Below, piece after piece: positions 43,720 through 51,806 of a stretch of 53,982 nt of DNA. Position 1 is the stretch's first letter. The number at the start of each line of letters is the position of its first letter. The notes under the pieces are model-generated. The model had not been told where the DNA came from. It worked only from the letters and a program-made list of their open reading frames with translations, and did not search any database. The stretch spans positions 1-53,982 of the forward strand of contig JBKCCF010000068.1 in NCBI GenBank assembly GCA_046305255.1, given 5' to 3'. The stretch comes from Methylococcaceae bacterium (GTDB lineage Bacteria > Pseudomonadota > Gammaproteobacteria > Methylococcales > Methylococcaceae). The position numbers and the translations under genes are program-made.

Positions 43720-45891
43720 ATGGACGTTACACCTATCATTGCCCCGCTAAACTCCGCACAACGTGCAGCCGTAACGACAACTTGCCCGTCCCTGCTGGTG
43801 CTCGCGGGTGCAGGCAGCGGTAAAACTCGCGTCTTGGTTCACCGAATAGCCTGGCTGGTAACGGCCGAAGGGATTCCGCCCCACAGTATCCTCGCCGTCA
43901 CTTTTACCAACAAGGCCGCAAATGAAATGCGCGTCAGGATTGAAGACCTTCTCGACATACCGGCCAGACAGTTATGGGTCGGCACATTTCACGGTCTTGC
44001 CCACCGGTTTTTGCGCCGCCACGCCAGAGAGGCCCGACTCCCCGACAGCTTTCAAATCCTTGACTCGGACGACCAGCACAGATTGATCAAGCGTCTGCTC
44101 AAAAACCTGCAAATTGATGATACCCGCTGGCCACCACGACAGATTCAGTGGTTCATCAACCATCAGAAGGAAGAAGGCCGACGCGCCGCTCATATTGCAG
44201 CCTCCCACGATCCTTTCGAACGACAGATGCTGGAGATCTACATTGCTTACGAGGATCTCTGTCAACGTTCAGGATTGGTAGATTTTGCCGAGCTCCTGCT
44301 CAGAACCCATGAAATGTTGCGTGACACCCCTGATCTTCTGGATCACTACCAAAAGCGGTTTCAGCATGTGCTGGTGGACGAGTTTCAGGATACCAATCGC
44401 ATCCAGTATGCCTGGCTACGTTTGCTGACCCAGAACAGAGAAAACCTGTTTGCCGTGGGCGACGATGACCAGTCCATCTACAGTTGGCGTGGCGCCAAAG
44501 TCGAGAATCTCAAGAAATTCCAGACAGACTACCCAAGACATGATCTGATCCGGCTGGAGCAGAACTACCGCTCTACCGGACACATACTCGCAGCCGCTAA
44601 CGGTCTCATCACCAAGAATCAAAGCCGACTGGGAAAATCGCTTTGGACCGAGGGCAGCCAAGGAGATCGGGTTGAGATCTATGCCGCATTCAATGAGCAG
44701 GATGAAGCTTTCTTTGTGACCGAACAACTGGAGCACTGGGTGCGTGAGGGTCATGCCCGGCGCGATGCTGCCATCCTGTACCGATCGAATGCCCAATCCC
44801 GTCAGTTTGAAGAAAAGCTCATCGCCAAGCGCATCCCCTATCGCGTTTATGGCGGGCTCCGATTCTTTGAGCGTGCCGAGATCAAGGATGCACTGGCGTA
44901 CCTCAGACTAATTGCAAACCGCCATGATGATGCGTCCTTCGAGCGCATCATCAATACGCCGACAAGGGGCATAGGTGCAAAAACCCTGGACATCATTCGG
45001 GACATCGCCCGCAATGAGAGCTACTCGCTCTGGCAGGCCATGGAAAAGTTATCGGCTGACAGCAGCCAACCCAATCGAGCCCGTATCCCGCTTGCCAACT
45101 TCTCCAAACTCATCAACGATCTCGCAACTGCTGCTGAGGGTCTGATGCTGTGGGAGCAAGCGCAGATGGCGGTCGTCGATTCAGGTCTGCGACAGCACTA
45201 TCAAAAGGAAAAAGGAGACCAGGCCGAACAGCGGTTGGAAAATCTGGACGAACTTATCAACGCAGCCCGGCAATTTGAATACGAACCCACTCTTGACCCG
45301 GACCTTCCACAACTGGACCAATTCCTGAGTCATGCCGCACTGGAGGCGGGGGATAATCAGGCCGATGCCGGCGATGATTGCGTCCAACTGATGACTCTGC
45401 ATGCCGCCAAGGGTCTGGAATTTCAACTGGTCTTCGTGGTTGGCCTTGAAGAAGGACTGTTCCCGAGCCTGCAATCACTGGAAGATCACGAGCGACTCGA
45501 AGAAGAGCGTCGCCTGTGCTATGTCGGCATAACACGGGCCCGTCAGAAACTCTTCCTGACCTACGCCGAAAATCGCCGCATTTACGGTAAGGACACCTAC
45601 CCACGTCCCTCCCGATTCCTGCGCGAAATCCCGACCGAGCATGTGCATGAAGTGCGCATAAGAGCAAAGCCATCGCAGAGCAGCGTCAGTTCGAACCCAA
45701 CCAAAATTAGCGGTGAAATCGGCACAAAATCCGGCTATCGCCTCGGCCAGCGGGTTCAGCACGCGAGGTTTGGGGAAGGCGTGATTTTGCAGAGCGAGGG
45801 AGAAGGCAGTCAGGCGCGCGTTCAGGTGAACTTTAGTGAGGTGGGTGTCAAGTGGCTAATGCTAGCCTATGCAAATCTTCACGTGAGCTAA
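43720..45891 (+). CDS. uvrD: DNA helicase II (UvrD)
   Basis: 723 aa, collinear with E. coli UvrD as I recall it: LNSAQRAAV..LVLAGAGSGKTRVLVHRIAWL.., VDEFQDTN, LEQNYRS, and the C-terminal GQRVQHARFGEGVI. Confidence 0.93.
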   Translation: MDVTPIIAPLNSAQRAAVTTTCPSLLVLAGAGSGKTRVLVHRIAWLVTAEGIPPHSILAVTFTNKAANEMRVRIEDLLDIPARQLWVGTFHGLAHRFLRRHAREARLPDSFQILDSDDQHRLIKRLLKNLQIDDTRWPPRQIQWFINHQKEEGRRAAHIAASHDPFERQMLEIYIAYEDLCQRSGLVDFAELLLRTHEMLRDTPDLLDHYQKRFQHVLVDEFQDTNRIQYAWLRLLTQNRENLFAVGDDDQSIYSWRGAKVENLKKFQTDYPRHDLIRLEQNYRSTGHILAAANGLITKNQSRLGKSLWTEGSQGDRVEIYAAFNEQDEAFFVTEQLEHWVREGHARRDAAILYRSNAQSRQFEEKLIAKRIPYRVYGGLRFFERAEIKDALAYLRLIANRHDDASFERIINTPTRGIGAKTLDIIRDIARNESYSLWQAMEKLSADSSQPNRARIPLANFSKLINDLATAAEGLMLWEQAQMAVVDSGLRQHYQKEKGDQAEQRLENLDELINAARQFEYEPTLDPDLPQLDQFLSHAALEAGDNQADAGDDCVQLMTLHAAKGLEFQLVFVVGLEEGLFPSLQSLEDHERLEEERRLCYVGITRARQKLFLTYAENRRIYGKDTYPRPSRFLREIPTEHVHEVRIRAKPSQSSVSSNPTKISGEIGTKSGYRLGQRVQHARFGEGVILQSEGEGSQARVQVNFSEVGVKWLMLAYANLHVS

Positions 45892-46093
45892 TGGTCGGGG
45901 CGATTTGCACTAAATCAAAAGAAGGACTTGGCCTGATTAATCTGATGTCCAGCCATCATTGAAACGTGAACCGGTACCCTCACCTCGGCACAACGCCTGA
46001 ACCCATGGCACCTGTGGAAGACACCGAACCGAAAAAACTAATGACCCTGCGCCCACTCTTCCACCAAGACTAACGACCCCAACCGCTCCCACC

Positions 46094-46729
46094 ATGAAAT
46101 TTGACGCTATCATCTTCGACTGTGACGGAACATTGGTAGATAGCGAGCGTGTAGGCAACGAGGCATTGATCGAATACGTGGCAGAACTGGGATTGCGAAT
46201 TTCGTTGGATGATGCCCTCAATGAGTTTGCCGGCCGCAAGATGGCTGACACGTTGGGACTCATAGAACTTCGCCTTGGCCGGCCGCTTCCGTCGGATTTT
46301 CTCCCCCTTGCTCGAAAACGCATGGCACAAGCCTTCGAGGAACGATTAGAGGCCATGGAAGGGGTTCACACGCTACTGGAAAACCTCACGATCCCTTTTT
46401 GCGTCGCATCTAACGGGCCGACTGACAAAATGCGCGTAAGCCTCGGTGTAACGAGCTTACTGCCCTATTTTGAAAGCAGAATATTCAGCGCCTATGACTG
46501 TGGAAGCTGGAAACCAGAGCCTGGACTGTTTCTACACAGTGCCGCGGCAATGGGTGTTAGACCAGATCGTTGCGCAGTGGTAGAGGACAGCCCGATAGGC
46601 GTGATCGCCGGCATCCGTGCGGGCATGACGGTCTTTGGCTATGCCCCCAAAAAAGATGGAGAACATCTTGCTCAAGCCGGCGCTCAGGTTTTTCGTGATA
46701 TGGGTGAGTTGCTGGCCCTACTCAAATGA
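46094..46729 (+). CDS. HAD-IA family hydrolase (YieH-like sugar-phosphate phosphatase)
   Basis: 211 aa. HAD motif I is FDCDGTLVDSE, motif II VASNG, and motif III/IV K..EPGLF...VEDSPIGV.AG..AGM. Substrate is unknown. Confidence 0.8.
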   Translation: MKFDAIIFDCDGTLVDSERVGNEALIEYVAELGLRISLDDALNEFAGRKMADTLGLIELRLGRPLPSDFLPLARKRMAQAFEERLEAMEGVHTLLENLTIPFCVASNGPTDKMRVSLGVTSLLPYFESRIFSAYDCGSWKPEPGLFLHSAAAMGVRPDRCAVVEDSPIGVIAGIRAGMTVFGYAPKKDGEHLAQAGAQVFRDMGELLALLK

Positions 46730-46929
46730 TCCGGGACGAACAACCTGCCACGTTGACATGCGGGACTTTCCCGCAATAGGCCCGAAAGTTTAGGTAAGCA
46801 CGAATAATGTGTGCGAGAAACAATATATTCCATTTGACAGGGCCGCCCCTTATACTACGCGCCGGTGATCATACGGTCCCTGCCCACACGGGGTCTTAAA
46901 ACACTTCCAATGTTTCAGAGGGGAAAGAC

Positions 46930-47604
46930 GTGAAATTGAACAACTTAACAAAGTGCCTGCTGTTGGCCATGGTAGCGGCCAGTCCACTGGCTAACGCCGA
47001 AAGCCAATACCCTGCGGCAAACTTCGAACCGGTCATCGTGACCCAGGACTCTGCATTGATCGCTAAGCACGCCGAGTCCAAACCGGGTTCTGCAGTCTCA
47101 AGCACCAACGCCAGTTCGAACGCCAGCACAACTAGCAAAAGTGCGGTCACAAATTCAGAGCCAGAAGTGGTCGCTGCCAAGACTGAAGAATCATCAAACC
47201 TGCCTATGATATTGGTTGCAGCAGGTCTTGGGGCAGCAGTTTTCTGGTTCATGAGAAAGCCGGCCGTCGCCACTAATACTCAGGCTCAATCATTTGAATC
47301 TACTGCCTCTGGCACCACCGGCGTTGCCAGATACGTCCAGGAGCTTCCTGGTTCAGGATCTGCTGCGACCACTGGCGTCGCACGTTACATCAGCGCACTA
47401 CCGCCTGTCACACCACCCAAGCCCGAAACAGGAGTGGCCAAGTACATCAAAGCCATCCCAGCCGCTGAAAAACCAGTAGCTGTAAGCGCACCCAGCGGCC
47501 CGACCGGCGTTGAGAAGTACATCAGTGCCCTACCCCAACCGCCAAAGCCTGCAGTTGACACAGGTGTTGCGAAGTACCTGAAAAGCCAAGGCCTTGCAGC
47601 CTGA
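46930..47604 (+). CDS. Hypothetical single-pass membrane protein with five C-terminal TGV(A/E)(K/R)Y repeats
   Basis: GTG start after GAGGGGAAAGAC. It has a signal peptide (MKLNNLTKCLLLAMVAASPLANA/ES), a Ser/Thr/Ala-rich segment and a TM (LPMILVAAGLGAAVFWFM-RK). Then come TGVARYVQELP, TGVARYISALP, TGVAKYIKAIP, TGVEKYISALP and TGVAKYLKSQG, separated by Pro-rich linkers. Confidence 0.7.
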   Translation: MKLNNLTKCLLLAMVAASPLANAESQYPAANFEPVIVTQDSALIAKHAESKPGSAVSSTNASSNASTTSKSAVTNSEPEVVAAKTEESSNLPMILVAAGLGAAVFWFMRKPAVATNTQAQSFESTASGTTGVARYVQELPGSGSAATTGVARYISALPPVTPPKPETGVAKYIKAIPAAEKPVAVSAPSGPTGVEKYISALPQPPKPAVDTGVAKYLKSQGLAA

Positions 47605-47683
47605 AATTGACACGGGGCATCGCAGGCTTAGCACCTCGTTATCATTACGACTGTTAGCGAAAACGTCGCAATTTGGGCTCGTG

Positions 47684-47713
47684 TTGACATCCAGCCTGTT
47701 TCCAACTTAAATT
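47684..47713 (+). promoter_or_regulatory. Candidate sigma70 promoter for hps-phi
   Basis: TTGACA (47684..47689), an 18-nt spacer, then TAAATT (47708..47713), about 80 nt upstream of the hps ATG. The -10 lies in the loop of the 7-bp inverted repeat TGTTTCC/GGAAACA (47697..47721). Confidence 0.45.
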
Positions 47714-47791
47714 CGGAAACAGTGCATTTCTGAAGATGCATCGCGCGCAAGGAATCTATTAACCTTAAAAACTCAAAATCGGAGAAGAAAC

Positions 47792-48433
47792 ATGGCAAGA
47801 CCATTAATTCAGCTGGCTCTGGACTCCCTGGACAACGCTACCACTTTCAAACTCGCAACCCTTGCGGCGCCGTATGTCGATATCCTCGAGATCGGAACTC
47901 CCAACATCAAGGCCAATGGTTTAGGTCTGGTTAAAGAACTGCGCAGGAAGTTTCCGAACAAGCTGCTTCTGGTTGACCTCAAGACCATGGATGCAGGCGA
48001 GTACGAGGCTGCGCCCTTCTACGAAGCTGGCGCAGATATCTGTACCGTTCTCGGCGTATCGGGCCTCCCCACAATCGCTGGCGTGATCAAGGCTGCCAAC
48101 AAATACAATGCCGAAGTACAGGTTGACCTAATTAATGTTCCTGACAAAGCGGGATGTGCTCGCGAATCTGCGAAACTCGGCGCGCAGATCATCGGCGTCC
48201 ACACCGGCCTAGATGCTCAGGCTGCTGGCCAAACGCCTTTCGCTGATCTTCAACTCGTAGCCAAACTGGGCCTGCCTGTTCGCATTTCAGTTGCTGGAGG
48301 CATCAAGCAGGCTACTGCCCAGCAAGTAGCACGCTCTGGCGCTGGTATCGTGGTTGTTGGTGCGGCCATTTACGGTGCACCTTCCCCAGCTGATTCTGCT
48401 CGCGAAATTCGTGAACTGATTGAGGCTGCGTAA
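47792..48433 (+). CDS. hps: 3-hexulose-6-phosphate synthase (RuMP pathway)
   Basis: 213 aa. MARPLIQLALDSLD...LLLVDLKTMDAGEYEA...VQVDLINVPDK..GVHTGLDAQAAGQTPF..ISVAGGIK. It is very close to methanotroph HPS sequences as I recall them. Confidence 0.93.
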   Translation: MARPLIQLALDSLDNATTFKLATLAAPYVDILEIGTPNIKANGLGLVKELRRKFPNKLLLVDLKTMDAGEYEAAPFYEAGADICTVLGVSGLPTIAGVIKAANKYNAEVQVDLINVPDKAGCARESAKLGAQIIGVHTGLDAQAAGQTPFADLQLVAKLGLPVRISVAGGIKQATAQQVARSGAGIVVVGAAIYGAPSPADSAREIRELIEAA

Positions 48434-48434
48434 G

Positions 48435-48971
48435 ATGGCTCACCGTCGGCTCATCATAGACAAAATATCAGGCATTCTTGATGCCACAGACGTTGCCTAT
48501 GACAAACAGTTGACAGCCATGGTTGATGGGGCATCGCGAATCTTCATCGCTGGTGCGGGTCGATCAGCCTTGGTTGCGAGATTCTTTGCGATGCGACTGA
48601 TGCATGGCGGCTACGATGTCTACATCGTCGGTGAAATCGTCACGCCTAGCCTCAAGAAAGGTGATTTGCTGATTGTCATATCTGGCTCCGGTGAAACCGA
48701 AACCATGATTGCATTTGCGAAGAAAGCGAAACAGCTCGGTGCAGAGATAGTCCTGATCTCTTCGAGAAGCAGTTCAACTCTGGCAGAAATGTCCAACGCC
48801 GTCATACCGGTCGGAGCACCCGACATGTATGGGAAGGTAGTGGGGATGCCCATGGGTACCGTGTTTGAGCTTTCAACCCTCATATTCCTGGAGGCAACCA
48901 TTTCTCATATCATTCATGAGAAAGGTATAGCTGAAGAGGAAATGCGTGCAAGACACGCAAATCTTGAGTAA
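48435..48971 (+). CDS. phi: 6-phospho-3-hexuloisomerase (RuMP pathway)
   Basis: 178 aa from the ATG at 48435, one base after the hps TAA. It has a SIS domain (RIFIAGAGRSALVARFFAMRLMHGGYDVYIVGE..LLIVISGSGETE) and ends ..HEKGIAEEEMRARHANLE. Confidence 0.92.
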   Translation: MAHRRLIIDKISGILDATDVAYDKQLTAMVDGASRIFIAGAGRSALVARFFAMRLMHGGYDVYIVGEIVTPSLKKGDLLIVISGSGETETMIAFAKKAKQLGAEIVLISSRSSSTLAEMSNAVIPVGAPDMYGKVVGMPMGTVFELSTLIFLEATISHIIHEKGIAEEEMRARHANLE

Positions 48972-49005
48972 TACAGCCGAATAAGGGTTCAACTACTCTT
49001 AACAG

Positions 49006-49038
49006 AAAAGGCCTCCAAGAAATTGGGGGCTTTTTTTT
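49006..49038 (+). terminator. Rho-independent terminator of hps-phi
   Basis: AAAAG-GCCTCC-aagaaatt-GGGGGC followed by TTTTTTTT (49031..49038). Confidence 0.75.
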
Positions 49039-49048
49039 GCCAAGAGCC

Positions 49049-49916
49049 CGTTCATGATCTTATGAGCAGCATGGCCAAAAAGGCTAAGAGAATGAACTGC
49101 ACGCTAGTAGTAAACCAACGCTCGCAGCTTTTCCATGAGCGTCGGTTTTTGTCCAGCCATGCAAAACGGCGTTCGATCACCCATCGTTTGGAATATGCGC
49201 AAACGTATGCAACTCACTGCGCCTGTCGACCTGCACCTTGGACATCCCGGCCCGGGATTTCCCGCACATTCCGGGTAAAGGGCTCGTCCACAGTGCCGCT
49301 GTCAGCCAGCACGCATTGCAGATTGCCCAGAGTGTCCTGCGGCGACCATTGCCTGCTGCGCTCCTTTCCGTCACTTCGGTAGTCTTAACGCTCATGGCTT
49401 GGGGAGTCCTTGCGTATCCACAGCAATATGGCACTTGAAGCCCGAGATTTTCTTCCCTGCATCATAGCCCTTGCATGCCGTCCTGGTCGGGTTCACTCCG
49501 TTTGGCAAATTAGGAATGCAATGTTCTCCACCCGTGCAAGTCCCTCGGCAGCATCTTCCACTAACACCCGCTCCGCAGCAGATGCAACACCCCGCAGAAC
49601 ACCTCGTACCCATCCACCGTCGTCCGCTTCCTCACACGTTGCAGGAGCGACAGGATCTCTTCAGGTCTATAGCGACTGATGCCGCTTGCGTACGGTTTTC
49701 TTATGCGAGCATCGTCCGGTATCTTCGGACAATCGTCAACAGGTTCTAACGAAGGCAACATGCTCAGGAATACCCCATACTCAATGACCAAGGACGGCAA
49801 TTGGGAACCCGGATTAACCTCAAACTTGTGAAATCAATGCATTATAATTCAGTATGTTAGGTTAATTATTTGGGTGAGAAGGTGGGTTTTTCGAGGTGCC
49901 CAATTGAGAATGAACG
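49049..49916 (-). mobile_element. Decayed IS5-family insertion sequence (~0.87 kb), with tentative boundaries
   Basis: It contains the transposase remnants listed below. The ends are CGTTCAT (49049..49055) and ATGAACG (49910..49916), a 7-bp perfect terminal inverted repeat; about 15 of 22 positions match when extended inward. It is flanked by the near-identical direct sequences CCAAGAGCC (49040..49048) and CCAAAGCC (49917..49924). Confidence 0.5.
49052..49800 (-). pseudogene. IS5-family (DDE) transposase pseudogene with a nonsense codon and several frameshifts
   Basis: The minus-strand pieces lie in at least three frames. They read ..TTVDGYEVFCGVLHLLRSGC*WKMLPRDL (in-frame TAG at 49561..49563 where Q is expected), KGYDAGKKISGFKCHIAVDTQGLP, VLADSGTVDEPF, VQVDRRSELHTF and YSKRWVIERRFAWLDKNRRSWKSCERW..LAFLAMLLIRS* (stop at 49052..49054). 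Confidence 0.8.
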
Positions 49917-50052
49917 CCAAAGCCGTCAACCTGCATACACATAAATTCCTGGGTTTCCCGCGAGAAGCGGCAAAAGACGCCTATTCGTAAACAGGAGGCG
50001 AAGAGCCAACAGGCCTTACCAGTCAGCGAGGGCCTCGCCGAATTTTGCGGAA

Positions 50053-50907
50053 TCAGCCGTGAATACTGACGGGAATACCACGCTCAATGATCCTTCGGCC
50101 AAATTCCTCCAGTAATGCCGCAGGCAAGGCCGATAGCCTTGGCGATTCAACTTGCATGGAAGGCCGCGCCAGCCCATAAAGCAACACGCCCTCAAAGGGA
50201 GTATCGCTCTGACGCAAGGCATCAAGGTAGTCAATATAGGCTTTCTGTTCCTCTAAAGACGGCGCATCACCGTCAAGCGCGAACCAGCAGGTCTGAATCC
50301 ACGTGGGACAAAGACGGGTACAGATTTCCAATCTTTGGGCAACGCTCTCCGGCGCCAGGTGAACGCTGTTGATGCGTTGCATACCCTCGGAAGTCGCGCG
50401 GTCCAGCTTGAACCAGACTTCTCCGCCCAACTCGGCCCAGCGCGCTAATCCCCGTTGCACAGCGGATTGGTGCATCAGGCTGCCATTGGTGATCAGTACC
50501 AATTTGATTTGGCCAAACAGGGCATACTCTGCACACATCTGGCCGATTACGCCGATAAGGTCGGCAAAATTAGGGCAACTGGTCGGTTCACCATTGCCGG
50601 ATATGGCGATATCGCGAATCACCCGCTGCTCTTGTGGCAAAGCGTAACGGTCGTAGAAATCCCCCCGCAACACGTCATCCAGCAAATGCCGTAATTCGTC
50701 CTCCAAAAGGCAAGGGTCGACCTCCGGGCCTGACCCGCGACGTAACCCCGGCACCTGGCAATAGATACAGCGCCAATTGCAGGCATTATTGGGGTTGAGG
50801 TTAATGCCAATAGACAAACCACCAGAACGGCGCGAGATCACGGGGTAGACGTGTGTCATCCCGGCGCTATCGCGACTGTGATCATGAATAGTGAGCGTCT
50901 TGGGCAT
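50053..50907 (-). CDS. Radical SAM protein, uncharacterised family
   Basis: The CxxxCxxC cluster is CNWRCIYC (50758..50781) within ..THVYPVISRRSGGLSIGINLNPNNACNWRCIYCQVPGL... It also has ISGNGEPT (SAM-binding GGE-like) and LITNGSL. The start is uncertain: the ATG at 50907 gives 284 aa, and the track start at 51066 adds 53 non-conserved-looking residues. Confidence 0.8.
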   Translation of the reverse strand: MPKTLTIHDHSRDSAGMTHVYPVISRRSGGLSIGINLNPNNACNWRCIYCQVPGLRRGSGPEVDPCLLEDELRHLLDDVLRGDFYDRYALPQEQRVIRDIAISGNGEPTSCPNFADLIGVIGQMCAEYALFGQIKLVLITNGSLMHQSAVQRGLARWAELGGEVWFKLDRATSEGMQRINSVHLAPESVAQRLEICTRLCPTWIQTCWFALDGDAPSLEEQKAYIDYLDALRQSDTPFEGVLLYGLARPSMQVESPRLSALPAALLEEFGRRIIERGIPVSIHG

Positions 50908-51101
50908 GGTGGGATGATTATCGGAGTGAATCGAGAATGGCGCTGAAGCCGCCAGGCGAGTGTCAAGCAGCCATATGTTGGGGAAGTTGCCGAGCCTGAC
51001 CGTTGTGATCGTAACCGAATCATTGAAGCTGCCTGGAGGGCCAGTAGGTAGAGTCACACTGGCCATCCGGTCTTAAACTGAACTAACGTTCAGTTCACTG
51101 C

Positions 51102-51500
51102 TTATGCGCCTGGGCCACCCCTAAGGTAAATGTCCTTATCCCCATAGCACCCATGGGCATATACCGGCGTGAGGGGGCCAACGTCATCGCGTGCAATATA
51201 TCTGAGACAGGTATCCCTTCGTTCGCACACTCCTGTTTCGATATGATCACCACGACACCTTGCAAACACATGATCAAGCTGACCTGCGGTCGGATCAGTC
51301 CATTTTGTGTCGTCCTCGTCTTTGCACAAAGTCTGTGCACTAATGCCGGTTACATTGCTGATGGCGATGGCATCATCGCGCAACACTGGCGTTCCCGCCA
51401 GATAGCGTCGTAGTGTCATCTCCTTGATTCCGGTCTGGTTTGACAGTCGACCGATGCCGCCTGCCGTCGTAATTGCTGCCTGTATCGCCTTCATTTTCAC
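51102..51500 (-). CDS. Cro/YdaS-like helix-turn-helix protein with a Cys-rich C-terminal extension
   Basis: 132 aa. The N-terminus MKMKAIQAAITTAGGIGRLSNQTGIKEMTLRRYLAGTPVLRDDAIAISNVTGISAQTLC resembles Cro/YdaS-type HTH proteins. The C-terminal ~70 aa carries 5 Cys (..LCKDED..FARCRGDHIETGVCERRDTCLRY..AHGCYG). GTG at 51500 or ATG at 51494. Confidence 0.6.
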   Translation of the reverse strand: MKMKAIQAAITTAGGIGRLSNQTGIKEMTLRRYLAGTPVLRDDAIAISNVTGISAQTLCKDEDDTKWTDPTAGQLDHVFARCRGDHIETGVCERRDTCLRYIARDDVGPLTPVYAHGCYGDKDIYLRGGPGA

Positions 51501-51508
51501 CTGTCTTG

Positions 51509-51555
51509 TGGGTCATTTACTACGTTTATCCGAGACTATTTTAGCAAATGACCCA
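51509..51555. repeat. 10-bp perfect inverted repeat just upstream of the HTH gene; candidate operator
   Basis: TGGGTCATTT (51509..51518) and AAATGACCCA (51546..51555) are separated by 27 nt. A TAAAAT -10-like hexamer on the minus strand lies between the arms. Confidence 0.35.
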
Positions 51556-51806
51556 TACGAACAGTGCAAGTGCAAAGGCCACAAAATCACACCCGGTATA
51601 GCGCCTTTGCTACTGGAAAGCCAGCGACGGGCGAGGCATCCCGGCCTGGAATCTGGCAACCGGCAGAAACCATCAGGACCGATTGACGTAACACGCCGAC
51701 GTCTGCCATGGAAGCCCATAAACCGTTGATGAACTCACTTTGAAATGCCTACCGTGGTTATAATCGAACCCATCAGAAATCTACATACTTTTAGGAGAAC
51801 TGTATT

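Noticed and set aside
45937-46356. 139-aa ORF on the minus strand between uvrD and the HAD gene
   Set aside because: It overlaps the 5' third of the well-supported HAD hydrolase gene in antisense. It is Ser/Arg-rich and low in complexity.
50908-51066. 53-aa N-terminal extension of the radical-SAM ORF
   Set aside because: This segment (MASVTLPTGPPGSFNDSV...) has no resemblance to the conserved start of the family as I recall it, and it lacks a Shine-Dalgarno. I kept it as an alternative start rather than a separate feature.
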